Shown one piece after another: positions 51,488 to 63,268 of a stretch of DNA of 64,000 nucleotides; position 1 is the first letter of the stretch; each line of letters begins with the position of its first letter. The notes beneath the pieces were generated by a model. The model saw nothing but the letters and a program-made list of their open reading frames with translations. It was not told the origin of the DNA and did no database searches. The stretch lies in the NCBI RefSeq assembly GCF_000026545.1, contig NC_011601.1; one strand, given 5' to 3'. This DNA comes from Escherichia coli O127:H6 str. E2348/69. GTDB taxonomy: Bacteria > Pseudomonadota > Gammaproteobacteria > Enterobacterales > Enterobacteriaceae. The position numbers and the translations under genes were made by a program.

Positions 51488-53170
51488 TTATTTCGCTTCG
51501 CTTAATGCTTTCTTGATATTGTTAAACTTCTCCTGATTTACCTCGCTAAGCGGTGGCTGGCTGTTGTCGATAAACTCTCTTACCACGCCTTGCATCTCTT
51601 TAACGACCTGCGGATTGGCGGCGGCAAGGTTATCTTTTTGCTGTAGATCCGTCAGTTTGTATAGACCTAACTGATTATTTTCTACTGTATAGACAAGCGA
51701 ATAATCGTTATTTCTCACCGTATAAGAGAATTGGCTTAAGTCCTCGGTGTTGGGGTTATGCGGGTAATCGTCTGACTGATGGCGGACAAATTTGTGGTAA
51801 TTATCCCAGAATGGAATATTTTCCTCATCAAACCAGTGAGAATAAGATGTTATCCAGGTCAGATTTTTATGTGGCTCGCCTTGTTTCTTATCTTGCAACC
51901 AGGGCAGCAAGGAAACGCCATCCAGCTTAAGGTCTTTTGGAATGCTGATATCGGCTGCATCAAGAGCTGTCGGGTAGAAATCCATTGCGGAAATCAGCTT
52001 GTCATAATTACCGGGTTGAAGTTTTCCTTTCCACCACATAAACATTGGGGTGTGAGTACCGCCAGGATAGGTCTGACTCTTATAGCCTTTTTGCGCCCCG
52101 TTCAGCGGCAGAGGACCATCGATAACTGCACCATTATCGGAGGTAAAGAGAATAATTGTATTGTCGTACTGTCCGTTTTTCTTCAGTTGTTCGAGAATGC
52201 GTTTTACACCCTGATCAACAGAATAAACGGAAGCGTAGTAATTATCTGCTGTTTGACTACCGGTATTAAATTGCTTCTGATATTGCTCCGGAGCAGGATT
52301 ATCATTTGGCAGATGCGGAGCATTATAAGCCAGGTAAAGCATAAAAGGCTGGTCAAGTGTTTTGGCACGATCAACAACGCCAATTGCCTCATCGGTTAAC
52401 TGATCGCTGATATAACCTTTTGCGGGGACGCGTTCACGGTTTTTGAACAGTGAAGGGGAGTTGTAATATGCCGTTCCTGCAGCATGGAATCCCATAAAGT
52501 AATCAAAGCCACGGTTTTGCGGTTGCCATTCTTCCGCAGAAAAGGTAGTGAAGTTGTCATGATAGTCACGCGTTTGTTTATCTTCCGGCACTGGCACATT
52601 ACTGATTTTTGACAAGTGCCATTTACCTACTGCTGCAGTGTAATAACCATGATTCTGGAATAATTCAGGCAAGAAAGTTTCTGTTAGCGGAATACCATCC
52701 TGAGCATCAGTATTGGAATAGACACCAAAGCGGGCGGGCGCTCGACCGGTCATTATTGCGGCGCGGGAGGGGCCGGAAACACCGTGCGCCACATAGCCGT
52801 TAGTAAAACGTACGCCTTCATCCATTAATGAAAGGAGCGTCGGCGTTGATTTTTGCGCAGCTTCAATGGCTTTATCTATCCCTATTTTGTAGGTATCGAC
52901 AACTTCACGATTTTCCATTGTTTTTGGGTCAAAAGATCCCTTATCAAAAGGAAGTTGTCCATAACCAAGATCATCCATGGTCAGTACGATAATATTTGGC
53001 TTTCCTTTGGTACTGTATTCAGTCGGCGTAAAGTCTGAGAACGCAACGTTTGTTTTGGTTGCTTTCAGCTTTACATCATCTGCCGCATGAGCAGCAAATG
53101 CAGCCATACCAGATGCCAGTATCAAAGATATCGAGGTACTTACGACACTTTTCTTTAATGCAGACTTCAT
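51488..53170 (-). CDS. ydeN: sulfatase family protein (secreted)
   Basis: ORF 51488..53203; start placed at MKSALKKSVVSTSISLILASGMAAFAAHA (signal peptide); sulfatase-like region ...GPSRAAIMTGR.... Confidence 0.85.
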   Translation of the reverse strand: MKSALKKSVVSTSISLILASGMAAFAAHAADDVKLKATKTNVAFSDFTPTEYSTKGKPNIIVLTMDDLGYGQLPFDKGSFDPKTMENREVVDTYKIGIDKAIEAAQKSTPTLLSLMDEGVRFTNGYVAHGVSGPSRAAIMTGRAPARFGVYSNTDAQDGIPLTETFLPELFQNHGYYTAAVGKWHLSKISNVPVPEDKQTRDYHDNFTTFSAEEWQPQNRGFDYFMGFHAAGTAYYNSPSLFKNRERVPAKGYISDQLTDEAIGVVDRAKTLDQPFMLYLAYNAPHLPNDNPAPEQYQKQFNTGSQTADNYYASVYSVDQGVKRILEQLKKNGQYDNTIILFTSDNGAVIDGPLPLNGAQKGYKSQTYPGGTHTPMFMWWKGKLQPGNYDKLISAMDFYPTALDAADISIPKDLKLDGVSLLPWLQDKKQGEPHKNLTWITSYSHWFDEENIPFWDNYHKFVRHQSDDYPHNPNTEDLSQFSYTVRNNDYSLVYTVENNQLGLYKLTDLQQKDNLAAANPQVVKEMQGVVREFIDNSQPPLSEVNQEKFNNIKKALSEAK

Positions 53171-53571
53171 AAATGTTCCTCTTCTTATTGTACTTAATTC
53201 CAAAGTAATTTTACGAAGAGAAATAAGTTAATGTAAGTGAAGTTAGTCACATAAATAGATAGCAGATTTAGCTAAAAAAAGAGAAATAACAGTCCATAAA
53301 CTGTTGACATTACTTTCTGTTCTACTAAGTAATTTCTCGTTGATAAACAACTAATCTATTGATATTTAACAAATTATTGGATTTTACCGACAAAATACCG
53401 AATTGAGATCATAAATAATCATGCAACGGGTTATGCAAATGCATAAATATGTGATGGCTGTCACTTATTTATTTCAAGAAATATATCACCTAAAAACAAC
53501 TCGGGGCAGGGAATGGCTGCCCCATTTAATTCTTACGCAGCGTGTGTGGTTGACTACTCGTTAGCAAATAA

Positions 53572-54333
53572 TCAAATAGCTAAAGCATTCATCGTGTTGT
53601 CCGTGTTCATACCCGTGAGCCTTTGACAACGGTACTCCTTAGAAACTCTCTTCGGACTGTTGCCGAAATGTTTGCGAAACGCATAAATAAAATAAGATGT
53701 ACTGGCATAACCGCATTGTTCAGCAATTTTATTGACTGAACCTTCTACGCGTATCAAATTTTTCGCGTGCTGCATTCTGGCATCTAAAAGAATTTGTGAG
53801 AATGTCGTTTGCTCTTGCTTTAGTTTTTTCTTCAACAGGCTTTCACTGATGTACAGGCAGTCACAAATATCTTTCAGCTTCCATGGGTGCGCCAGCTTCA
53901 TGTTGACAATATTTCTCACTTTCCCAGAAACGGATAGCACACCGTTAGTTAATAGTGTAATGAAACCTTTGCATGCGGCAAAAATAGACAGGCAAGAAAA
54001 AAGCAAAAGCTCTGAAAAATTATGATGATTGCGTTCTTCCGAGTTGAGATAAGCAATCATTTCATTAAGCAATCCAGTCGGTACATTTGAAGCACGTAAA
54101 AACTTCGCAGGAACAGGCACCGTCACTGTCTGGATGTTAGTGCATTGTAGATATTTTTTAATGGTATTTTCATTAAATCCGATTTCTTTAAAATGCCGCT
54201 CATAAGGTTCAAAATGCGTACGAACAGCGTTATCTACCATCAGGATCTCGCCGTCAGAGAAGGCGTAATCTTTATCTAAAATGTTAGCGTTGAAGGCATG
54301 ATGAATAAATATAACAGAACAAACGAGCGACAT
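53572..54333 (-). CDS. ydeO: AraC-family acid-resistance regulator
   Basis: 253 aa; C-terminal AraC HTH (...IAEQCGYASTSYFIYAFRKHFGNSPK...). Confidence 0.9.
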   Translation of the reverse strand: MSLVCSVIFIHHAFNANILDKDYAFSDGEILMVDNAVRTHFEPYERHFKEIGFNENTIKKYLQCTNIQTVTVPVPAKFLRASNVPTGLLNEMIAYLNSEERNHHNFSELLLFSCLSIFAACKGFITLLTNGVLSVSGKVRNIVNMKLAHPWKLKDICDCLYISESLLKKKLKQEQTTFSQILLDARMQHAKNLIRVEGSVNKIAEQCGYASTSYFIYAFRKHFGNSPKRVSKEYRCQRLTGMNTDNTMNALAI

Positions 54334-54407
54334 TTTATCTCCTTAAAACAATAAAGTTTTTATCGATACTTTTTTAACATTTCATATTTATAATTTGCTG
54401 TTTATTT

Positions 54408-54605
54408 TCAGTCTTGCAAACTATTGATAATGAAATGTGTAAGATCCCTTGCAATGCGACCCATTTCTGAAATACCCAGCTGATCAATTGCCGAAAAAAT
54501 GGCTATCAATGTAAGGGTCAGTAATAAGACAACCACAATTACAGACATGATCCCTTTATAGTTGTCTCTTTGCGTGATTTTATTTTTCACTATGGTCGCA
54601 TGCAT
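54408..54605 (-). CDS. safA: two-component-system connector SafA (small membrane protein, 65 aa)
   Basis: ORF 54408..54641; start placed at MHATIVKNKITQRDNYKGIMSVIVVVLLLTLTLIAIFSAI.... Confidence 0.75.
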   Translation of the reverse strand: MHATIVKNKITQRDNYKGIMSVIVVVLLLTLTLIAIFSAIDQLGISEMGRIARDLTHFIINSLQD

Positions 54606-54716
54606 TTCAAATGTGTTTATTAAACGAATGATGTTAAGCATCGTTAATCAGTATGCTTAATATAACAGGCTGGAGAATAGAGGAAATAGGACGGGTGCTT
54701 CAGTACTGAGCGGAGT

Positions 54717-54734
54717 TTCTTACAGCTGTAGGCA
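54717..54734. promoter_or_regulatory. candidate EvgA box upstream of safA-ydeO
   Basis: TTCTTACA-GC-TGTAGGCA fits the inverted-repeat consensus TTCYTACA-N2-TGTARGAA with one mismatch. Confidence 0.45.
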
Positions 54735-54852
54735 GAAGTTTATATCTTATAGTGTGTGGTTTAATTTAATCCATGTGAGCAAATTGCGCAATAATAGTCA
54801 ATGAGGAATTCTTCTGCTGTGCGGATGACAGCAGAAGAAATGAGGAGGCGAA

Positions 54853-57132
54853 TTAATTTGATGGTTCTAATTCAACCGGAATACTTTTATAGCCAGGAAT
54901 GCCACTTAATGGATCGTGGTTATCAAGTGTTAGCATGTGATTCGATTCTGGAAAATAGGTCACCAGTGAGCGGTCAGCCATAGGGTAAATGACCACTTTT
55001 AATCTATCCATGCGGCGTGAGCTACGTTTACCGTCTGGCGTGAGTGCAATAAGATTAACTCTTTCGCCGTTTTTTACACGGCAAATTTTAGCTTGTTTAG
55101 CACTCATAAAGACCACATCTCGTTGTCCGAATACACCTCGATAGCGATCATCCATACCATAAATCGTCGTGTTGTACTGATCGTGGCTGCGTACTGTCGC
55201 CATGACCAGTTTACTGTTAAACGCTGAAGAGGGATCTTCTAACAGCCCTTTGCTGGTAATGAAATTAGCCTTACCTGACGGCGTCATCCAGCGCCTTTCA
55301 GCAGCTGCGTTTATCAGGTGAAAACCACCAGGATGACGGATGCGCTGGTTATAGTCGGCAAACTCTGGCAGCACAGCTTCAATGTCATTGCGAATGCGAT
55401 CATAATCTTCCACCAGATACTCCCAGGCTACCACGCTCTGGGGTAGTGCTGCTTGCGCGATTCCCGCGACCACTGCACACTCTGATTTCAGCATTACACC
55501 GGCGGGTTTTAACACACCACGCGAGGCATGAATCATCGACATTGAATCTTCAACGGTTACCGCCTGCGCACCGCTTTTTTGCATGTCAATCTCGCTACGT
55601 CCCAGAACCGGCAGAATATAGCTATGCCGTGCGGTCAGCAGATGAGAGCGGTTAAGCTTAGTGGCTACGTGTACCGCCAGATCTAATTGCGTTAACGGTA
55701 CAGCGCTCGCTTCCCGATCTGGCATTGCCAGTGCAAAGTTGCCCCCCATGCAGATCAATGCTCGAGCTTGCCCCGCACATATAGCTTGCATGCTGGCGAT
55801 TGCAGCATGTCCAGGTGCATGAGGTGGGGTGAAGCCATAGCGCTCACCCAGGCGATCCAGAAACTCTGCAGACGGTTTCTCGGTGATACCGACGGTTCGG
55901 TCGCCCTGTACATTAGAGTGACCTCGTAGTGGGCAGATACCCGCACCAGGCTTGCCAATGTTACCTTTCATCAACAGCAGATTGACCAGTTGCTGTACGT
56001 TCTGGGTACCATGTTCGTGCTGAGTGATCCCCATTCCGTAACAGATAATGGTTCGTTCGGCAGCGGCATATGCATCAGCAAGTTCGGCGATTTGTGTCTG
56101 ACTTAGTCCAGAAATACGTTCGATATCTTTCCACTCGGAATTGAGCACGTCACGGCGTAGCTCGTCAAAGCCGATGGTATTCGTTTGAATAAATTCGTCA
56201 TCCAGCAATGAGGGCCGACCTGCGGCGCTTGCAGCATCATCGTGCTCAATTAACAGGCGCATCATCCCCTTGAGCAATGCCATATCGCCACCAATGCGCA
56301 CGTTATAGTAGGCACTGGCCAACTGAGTCTCAGAGTTCGTCAGCATTTCAAACGGGTTTTGCGGTGCGGTAAATCGCTCCAGGCCACGTTCCTGTAGAGG
56401 ATTGATGGCGATCATTTTCGCTCCCCGTTTCACTAAAGCGCGCAACGAAGTCAGCATGCGAGGGTGGTTTGTACCAGGGTTATGCCCAATGCAAATGACT
56501 AAATCGCATTTCTCAAAGTCTTCCAGCAACACGGTCCCTTTACCCACACCGATACTCGCTGCCAATCCCACACTGGTCGGTTCATGGCACATGTTGGAGC
56601 AGTCGGGAAAGTTATTGCTCCCGTATTCACGGGCAAAAAGCTGATAAAGAAAGGCAGCTTCATTGGAAGTGCGCCCCGAAGTATAGAATTCAACCTGATT
56701 GGGATCACTATAGCTTTGAAGGCGAGCGCCAATTTCGTCGAAAGCTTGTTGCCAGCTTAATGGCTTGTAACAGTCGCTGACGTCATCATATTTCAAAGGC
56801 TGAGTGAGACGTCCCGCAGCCTCAAGCTCGTGATCTCCCCAGGTAAGTAATGATTGAACCGTATTCTCAGCAAAGAAAGAGGCATTTACCTGCTTATCCG
56901 TGACTTCCCAGGCGATTGCTTTTGCGCCGTTTTCACAAATGTCGAATGACGCACTGTGCTTAGGATCTGGCCATGCACATCCCGGACAGTCAAAGCCCTC
57001 TGGCTTATTCATGTCAAACATGGCAATAACATCCTGGCGTATATCCATCTGCTTACGTACTGCATTCGCTACGGATTTAACAGCACCCCAACCACCGGCA
57101 GCTCCCTGGTAGGATTCAATTTTTTTCTTCAT
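54853..57132 (-). CDS. ydeP: molybdopterin oxidoreductase-family acid resistance protein
   Basis: 759 aa; formate dehydrogenase-like molybdopterin domain. Confidence 0.9.
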   Translation of the reverse strand: MKKKIESYQGAAGGWGAVKSVANAVRKQMDIRQDVIAMFDMNKPEGFDCPGCAWPDPKHSASFDICENGAKAIAWEVTDKQVNASFFAENTVQSLLTWGDHELEAAGRLTQPLKYDDVSDCYKPLSWQQAFDEIGARLQSYSDPNQVEFYTSGRTSNEAAFLYQLFAREYGSNNFPDCSNMCHEPTSVGLAASIGVGKGTVLLEDFEKCDLVICIGHNPGTNHPRMLTSLRALVKRGAKMIAINPLQERGLERFTAPQNPFEMLTNSETQLASAYYNVRIGGDMALLKGMMRLLIEHDDAASAAGRPSLLDDEFIQTNTIGFDELRRDVLNSEWKDIERISGLSQTQIAELADAYAAAERTIICYGMGITQHEHGTQNVQQLVNLLLMKGNIGKPGAGICPLRGHSNVQGDRTVGITEKPSAEFLDRLGERYGFTPPHAPGHAAIASMQAICAGQARALICMGGNFALAMPDREASAVPLTQLDLAVHVATKLNRSHLLTARHSYILPVLGRSEIDMQKSGAQAVTVEDSMSMIHASRGVLKPAGVMLKSECAVVAGIAQAALPQSVVAWEYLVEDYDRIRNDIEAVLPEFADYNQRIRHPGGFHLINAAAERRWMTPSGKANFITSKGLLEDPSSAFNSKLVMATVRSHDQYNTTIYGMDDRYRGVFGQRDVVFMSAKQAKICRVKNGERVNLIALTPDGKRSSRRMDRLKVVIYPMADRSLVTYFPESNHMLTLDNHDPLSGIPGYKSIPVELEPSN

Positions 57133-57380
57133 CTGCTTATCCTGTGTGGAAATGAATTATTAGGATTTGTAATAGCGATGATGCACAGTATATACATAGG
57201 GTTTATCGTCAACATGGATATATAAGAGTAGGGGACTACTCTCTTACTATTTTTACTCTATTATCGTTAAATAATAGAGTAGTATAAATACGATAAGTTA
57301 AGCATCATCTCTCATAGGGTTTAAATTAACATAATTCTCAATATAAAAAATAAGACTCTGGCTTCAATTGTGCGCGGATT

Positions 57381-57398
57381 TTCTTACAAGTGTAGGAT
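57381..57398. promoter_or_regulatory. candidate EvgA box upstream of ydeP
   Basis: TTCTTACA-AG-TGTAGGAT, very similar to the safA-upstream box. Confidence 0.45.
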
Positions 57399-57470
57399 AA
57401 TAGCCTTCACAAAATAATTATCCGCGCAATTTTCGTGAATGGAGCGCATAGACTAATGTCAAAATCACAA

Positions 57471-58385
57471 TTATTCATAGATAAAAGTGACACCAATGAC
57501 TGACTGGACGGCTCCGGCTGCAACCTTATTTCCTGTTTGTCCATAGGTTGCGCTTAAACCCAGAGGTACTTTGCTTTTATTTACTGTCCCCAGGGAGACA
57601 TTTTCTCCTGTTGCCAGTGTTTTTCCATTACGCATCAGAGAGACACCCACGCCCGATGCTTTTGTTGCATCTGGTGCTGTGTTAGCAAACACTTGTCGGG
57701 CACTGTCAGTGGTGGCACCCGAAAGATAAAATGAGAGCTTTTGTTCGCTAGAGCAATATACACCAAGGGGTATTTCTGCGCTTCCAGGAAAGTCCGGGAG
57801 ATTCACGGTGACATTACGACTATCAACGGTGCAACCGCCTGTTGGCATAACAACACTGTTATTTGAAATAATATTCCACGTAAAATTACGCGGATTTCCG
57901 CTTCCTAACGTGGCAATTTTATACATATGAATACGGGCAATAACTTCCCCTGCTTTTATGACAACTCCACCGGCCGCTCCGACTGGGGTAATATAGAGTT
58001 TTAACGGTAATGGCATCGGTGTCTTATCACCAATATCCAATACGTTGGTATTTGTCGTCAACGGGAAGGGGTAGGTCACATTATTCCAGTACAGTGATCC
58101 TTTATATGACTGTAGGGAGCCTGCGAAAGCTGATCCTTGTACCAGGTTTATATGATCAGTGTCGTACCAGCCGCCGTAATCATTCCAGCAACTTATATGC
58201 TGAGACAAGTCTACAACCAGATTCTGGCCCGGTTGTATTACAGGATCGAGATTAACATAAACAGAGGTTGTACCTGCTCCAATACTTGACCCGCCATCGA
58301 CATTACAACTGAAGGCAAAAACTTTGCCTGCCATTAATAGAAGATAAATACCGAACAGGACCTTTATACTGAATGTTTTACCCAT
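57471..58385 (-). CDS. ydeQ: FimH-like fimbrial tip adhesin
   Basis: 304 aa; signal peptide; two-domain adhesin-like; last gene of the chaperone-usher operon. Confidence 0.8.
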   Translation of the reverse strand: MGKTFSIKVLFGIYLLLMAGKVFAFSCNVDGGSSIGAGTTSVYVNLDPVIQPGQNLVVDLSQHISCWNDYGGWYDTDHINLVQGSAFAGSLQSYKGSLYWNNVTYPFPLTTNTNVLDIGDKTPMPLPLKLYITPVGAAGGVVIKAGEVIARIHMYKIATLGSGNPRNFTWNIISNNSVVMPTGGCTVDSRNVTVNLPDFPGSAEIPLGVYCSSEQKLSFYLSGATTDSARQVFANTAPDATKASGVGVSLMRNGKTLATGENVSLGTVNKSKVPLGLSATYGQTGNKVAAGAVQSVIGVTFIYE

Positions 58386-58443
58386 GATATATCCTAAGTT
58401 TAAAAAATTGGTTTAAAAAGGAGGCAAAAAAATCAAATTGATG

Positions 58444-58947
58444 TTATTGCCAGGTATAGATCACATTGATTAGCGCCTCGATCGTTCCCTGGCTTGCGTT
58501 TCCATTCACCGTGATAGCTCTTGCCTTAAGTGGAAACTGTGCATTACGAGTGATCTCATCAACAATAACCGTTTTGCTATCGCCATTTTTTAACGTCGCA
58601 TCCTGGTCATCCCTTAGCTCTATCTGAATATTTTCGGCAGTACCTTCATTTTTGTAATAACCCGTATTGTCAGTTGAACCTGTCACGATTGCCGTCACTG
58701 CACTTGTTTCAATCGGACAATCGGTTAATGACAAAGTAATATTGTGCCAGCCAGATGCAGAACCAGGTTGTTGCAGATTGCGTGTATAAAGATCCCCGAG
58801 ATTAACGTTAGCTTCTTTGGTTTGAATAGTGCATGGTTTAGCGACTACCCGACCATTAACAGTGATAGTGACATCGGCGGCCTGGAGAGTTGCTGTAAAT
58901 AACGTGCAAAACGTAGCTAACAGGAACCTCTTGTGAAGTCTTTTCAT
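58444..58947 (-). CDS. ydeR: FimG-like minor fimbrial subunit
   Basis: 167 aa; signal peptide; pilin-like C-terminal beta-strand. Confidence 0.8.
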   Translation of the reverse strand: MKRLHKRFLLATFCTLFTATLQAADVTITVNGRVVAKPCTIQTKEANVNLGDLYTRNLQQPGSASGWHNITLSLTDCPIETSAVTAIVTGSTDNTGYYKNEGTAENIQIELRDDQDATLKNGDSKTVIVDEITRNAQFPLKARAITVNGNASQGTIEALINVIYTWQ

Positions 58948-58959
58948 ATCTGACTCTGA

Positions 58960-59490
58960 TTATTGAAATTCAAGGGTAAAGGTTGCCGAAGCGCTCACCA
59001 GTCCTTGATTGACGGACTTCTGAGTTGACTTCAAACGAGCGGAGTAAGGCAAAATATTGTTCTGTTCTGGTACCAATGGGATCCACTGCATCCCGGCATG
59101 AAGGTCATTCAATTTCACCGGACGCATATTTCCGTCCAGTATTTCTATACCCAAACCGGAGGCCGTATTGCTTCCTTCATCCAGTTTCAACAGAGTATTA
59201 TTTTCTGCATCCTCAATACCGTTAAATGCAACCCGAACCCCCGTTGTCCCTTTGCTGCATTCACTTAACGTAATCTGAAAAGGGACGGCTGGACTTGTGC
59301 TACCGGTCGTTGGAAATTGTCTGGCACTGTTTTTTTGGAGATCTACGGTAAAATTAAGCGAATCCGATGAGACTGTGCAGCCATAATCGAGAACGCGCCC
59401 GCTAATTTTAATAACGCTATCTGCGGATAAAGCAGAATAGGTGGTTAACCCCAGACATAAACCGAGGAAAATAACGTTATTGTATTTCAT
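58960..59490 (-). CDS. ydeS: FimF-like minor fimbrial subunit
   Basis: 176 aa; signal peptide; C-terminal ...ATFTLEFQ. Confidence 0.8.
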   Translation of the reverse strand: MKYNNVIFLGLCLGLTTYSALSADSVIKISGRVLDYGCTVSSDSLNFTVDLQKNSARQFPTTGSTSPAVPFQITLSECSKGTTGVRVAFNGIEDAENNTLLKLDEGSNTASGLGIEILDGNMRPVKLNDLHAGMQWIPLVPEQNNILPYSARLKSTQKSVNQGLVSASATFTLEFQ

Positions 59491-59503
59491 AATCTATTGT
59501 TCC

Positions 59504-62155
59504 TTAGCGACAGATTGCTGTCTGCTGGTTCAGCAAGGTTCCAGGAGAGACTGCAGGAAGCTTGTAATCGACAATACAGTTTGAGTTTTTATCATTGCCC
59601 CATGAAACCTGTAATTTCCCTGACTGTGGAAGTCCAGTCAGATAAACCTGACCATTTTCCGCGACAATGCTGCCATTTTTATTCTCTCCGTGAGTGACAA
59701 TTGCACCGAATGGAACGCTTTTATTACCGTACTTCAACGTCATTAATACTTTCCCGCCGATTTGTGCATTAAATGTTGCTCTGGCAATAGCACCGTGAGT
59801 TGGGATGACAGTGACTACGGTTTCATCCAGTTCAACATTATCTGCAAGGGAATTCGCGTTAAGAGCGACACGATTTTCTCTATATTCTGTCGCAAATGGT
59901 AATATGGCATAGCCACGCCAGTCGGTATGAATTCCGGTCTGGTTCTCTATTTTGACATTATCAGCGCCAGGAGCCTTAACCAGAACCATTGTGTCGCCCA
60001 GCGGCTGTCCAAAGGTGATGCCATCAGCATGAGCAATAATGCCACCACTCATTCCGTAATAAATCTGGCTGCTGTCACCACTCCGACTGTAACCGATATT
60101 CGTATTACCGTAAGCTCCACGATAATTAAGAGAACTGTAACCACTGGTGCCAGACGATGTATTACCCCCGTGGGTGTTACCGACCTGAACACTATAATTC
60201 AGGTTATTATCCGGCAGCAGAGTGCCATAAACTCCCGATAGATTGGTCATGCCGCCTTTCAAATCGTTTGACATATTGTAACTGGCGTTTGAGTTACGAA
60301 ATGCCGACTGACTGTCTGTACGCATCCAATGACTGAAGGGAACATTAAGCGTAAAAGCGAGTAAATGATCCCGATCGTTTTGCCATATATTATTGGAATA
60401 GCTGTAATTCAGCGAAGTCGTAATATCACCAAACGGCACATTTAATCCAAATGATATTTGTTGGTCGCTGCGTGACGTGTTCCAGTAACTTTGGCGACTG
60501 GCACTGAAAAATGTCGTACCATAATTTCCAAGCTGCTGAGAGATGCTTATTTGTTCCTGACCACGCTTACTGTAGAACAGATTAAAATAATCAATAAATA
60601 GTGTCTGCTCACTGGTGTCTCCGGTAGGAGGCTTGACGGTGTAACCACTCATTCGACTGTAGGCACTGTCGGATAAGTTATAAAAACCTTGCGTAGAATA
60701 GCGATATCCTGCGACCTGGATATTGGTTCCTGTCTGGTAGAAGGATTTGCTGTAGACGGATTTAAGCGATTGACCGCTGTGACGGGTGTCATCTGCAAGC
60801 GTCGTATTGGCTTGCGTGATATCGAAAGAAAAGGCACCAAACAGTCCCAAATCTTTACCAATACCAAGGTTGAAGGCCTGATAATTTTCTGCAATTTGCA
60901 TTCCGCCATAAGGTGTCCAGTTTCCTTCCAGACCATGCATCAAGCTACCTTGTATGAACTTGGGGGAGCTTTGCAGGTTATTTCCACTACGATATTCCCC
61001 CATGGCAAGCGCATAACACGTATATCCAGCACGTTGGAGAACCGGAACAGACGAATAAGGAACATATAATGTCTGAATACTGCCGTCTGCCTCTTTTATG
61101 GTTACTTGCAGATCACCACCATTGGCCGCAGAGTTGATATCATCAATAGTAAAAGGGCCGGGTGGGACAGTAATCTGATAAACATCGTATCCATTCTGTT
61201 TTACACTCACTTGTGCGGTGCCACGAGCAATACCATGAATCACCGGAGCGAAACCATGTTGGCTATCGGGCAACATCGCTTCTGTTGAATTTATTTTAAG
61301 GCCACGAAAGTTCACACTGTCAAAAATATCGCCATCGGTATAACTATCACCCACTGTTAACCGTGAGCGTAACGGAATAATGTCACGTTCAGCCGACGTA
61401 TTGATATGCTGCCATTTATTGCTGTCAGATGAATTGCTACTCCCACTGTTATAACTCCACGTTGAGTTATCGCGCAGTCGCCAACTACCAATGTTGATGC
61501 CACTCTGTAAATTCAAATATGCATAGTTGGATTTTCCTGCATTATGGTTACTACGGTTATTAATAGAATTACCATTAAAACTATAGTTTAGTAGCCCTGC
61601 ATTTATTCCTTCTTCCCACAGATCAGGAGAAACATAGCCGCGAGCCATTCTGCCGACATATATTTGCGGAACGGAGAGTGACAGATGTTGCTGACCAACA
61701 TCAAATTCAGATGATGCGTCAGCCAAACGATCCTGAAGTGGTGTGCATGCGCTGTTGTCCGGCGCATGTTTATCTGCCGAATGTTCCTTGTTGTCTAATA
61801 ACGCAGATTTTTTTATGCCAAGACTGACAAGAAGATCTGTACTCAGGCATGGGATGAGATCTGCGTTATTATCATCTGCAATAAAAGTAATATCCCGACT
61901 AGTCATAAATTCGTCGTTCAAATAAATGTCGACCCGATATGTACCAGGTGGTGCCTCGCGTCCCTTAGTAAAGGCGGATAAATCGACAGATTCAGCAAGA
62001 TCATTGCTTAAGAACCGTGGATTAAAATAATACTCTGCGTCAACGGGAAATACCGCAGTTGCTAAGCCAAGGGCAATGGTAAGCCGTGCAAAGCGAGGCA
62101 GTAGTAACACCTGATGCATACGATATGCCTTAAATGCGGCACGAAAGGCTGTCAT
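59504..62155 (-). CDS. ydeT: fimbrial usher (FimD-like), apparently full length
   Basis: 883 aa uninterrupted ORF with FimD-like blocks (YFNPRFL, GTYRVDIYLN, GYDVYQITVPPGPFTIDDI, C-terminal ...CIVDYKLP). Confidence 0.85.
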   Translation of the reverse strand: MTAFRAAFKAYRMHQVLLLPRFARLTIALGLATAVFPVDAEYYFNPRFLSNDLAESVDLSAFTKGREAPPGTYRVDIYLNDEFMTSRDITFIADDNNADLIPCLSTDLLVSLGIKKSALLDNKEHSADKHAPDNSACTPLQDRLADASSEFDVGQQHLSLSVPQIYVGRMARGYVSPDLWEEGINAGLLNYSFNGNSINNRSNHNAGKSNYAYLNLQSGINIGSWRLRDNSTWSYNSGSSNSSDSNKWQHINTSAERDIIPLRSRLTVGDSYTDGDIFDSVNFRGLKINSTEAMLPDSQHGFAPVIHGIARGTAQVSVKQNGYDVYQITVPPGPFTIDDINSAANGGDLQVTIKEADGSIQTLYVPYSSVPVLQRAGYTCYALAMGEYRSGNNLQSSPKFIQGSLMHGLEGNWTPYGGMQIAENYQAFNLGIGKDLGLFGAFSFDITQANTTLADDTRHSGQSLKSVYSKSFYQTGTNIQVAGYRYSTQGFYNLSDSAYSRMSGYTVKPPTGDTSEQTLFIDYFNLFYSKRGQEQISISQQLGNYGTTFFSASRQSYWNTSRSDQQISFGLNVPFGDITTSLNYSYSNNIWQNDRDHLLAFTLNVPFSHWMRTDSQSAFRNSNASYNMSNDLKGGMTNLSGVYGTLLPDNNLNYSVQVGNTHGGNTSSGTSGYSSLNYRGAYGNTNIGYSRSGDSSQIYYGMSGGIIAHADGITFGQPLGDTMVLVKAPGADNVKIENQTGIHTDWRGYAILPFATEYRENRVALNANSLADNVELDETVVTVIPTHGAIARATFNAQIGGKVLMTLKYGNKSVPFGAIVTHGENKNGSIVAENGQVYLTGLPQSGKLQVSWGNDKNSNCIVDYKLPAVSPGTLLNQQTAICR

Positions 62156-62196
62156 TATTAATTCCGATTGAGTTTATTATTAATTAGGTCACTGGC

Positions 62197-62916
62197 TTAC
62201 TGCATGGTTGACTTAATACGCGGAGTTAATGCACCGTAATCATTGATCGTCTGAAAACTGATATCCCCGGTTGCAGCATGCGGGATATCCACCGATACTT
62301 CACCTTTTGGCGGCACCATGGTGTTTGGGAGATTGCTATTTCCTGCTTTCATATTTGTTACGGTAATGAAGTAGGGCGTTGGATTAATAAGAGTGAGTTT
62401 GCTGCCGCTGCGACGAAACCGAAGCATTGCAGGCGCTTCTTCAGGTGCCATTGCCAGGTTCGTGGGGCGATAAAACATTTTTATGCGGCTAATAATTGCC
62501 AGCTGTAATGTATTCTCATTCTTCTGATCTTTTTCCATAGCAGGAATAGCTTTAACATTAACCCAGAACAGGCTTTCACGGTCGCCTGGTAACTGATGAT
62601 TAGTGGCGTTGATTATCCGAAGCGTATTCTCTTTTTTACCTTGCATGGAAAAAAGCGGTGGGGTAATGACAAACTGGGTGTCTTTTTGGTCACCTGCATT
62701 TTCTATCCATGACTGAATGAGATAGACACTGGCAGGATCATTATTCGTGACAGGCAATAAAACCTGTTTCTGGTTTGCCGGATAAATTACCCGCGTCGCA
62801 CCCAGTGCGACAGCTGCGTTGGCAACGGTGCTATGGCAAGCAAAGAGCAATAAAAGTAACACTGTCGCCATAAAGGAAATAGAGTAGGGGGTACGCGTAG
62901 TTTGCATCTGATGCAT
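62197..62916 (-). CDS. periplasmic fimbrial chaperone (FimC-like)
   Basis: 239 aa ORF (true start probably an internal Met near 62871); PapD-like signatures incl. ...SLFWVNVKAIP.... Confidence 0.8.
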   Translation of the reverse strand: MHQMQTTRTPYSISFMATVLLLLLFACHSTVANAAVALGATRVIYPANQKQVLLPVTNNDPASVYLIQSWIENAGDQKDTQFVITPPLFSMQGKKENTLRIINATNHQLPGDRESLFWVNVKAIPAMEKDQKNENTLQLAIISRIKMFYRPTNLAMAPEEAPAMLRFRRSGSKLTLINPTPYFITVTNMKAGNSNLPNTMVPPKGEVSVDIPHAATGDISFQTINDYGALTPRIKSTMQ

Positions 62917-63268
62917 TCTCCATGTGTTAAGAGGATAAGCGGGGAAACCGTTACATCAGACAATCGGTAAATGTTGCTAATACATTGGCGACTCGCTGGG
63001 TTTCCAGACTTAATGCGTTTGTAATAAATGTTGGTTCTCTTTTAATAGGAAAACCTTGCTACCAAGTAAATTTTTTAAATAACAGTAAATTTAACTACTG
63101 TTGTTTATTGATCGTTTAGATATTATGTAATTTTTCATAGTGCTCCCAAATAAAAACCATTCCTCATTAAAAATGAGATGAACATAGGTATATTGCTCGG
63201 GTGTGCGTAGCCATGCCACACACACCCTGTTTCAATTTCAGATGACGTATAGCCACCTTAAGATTGAA

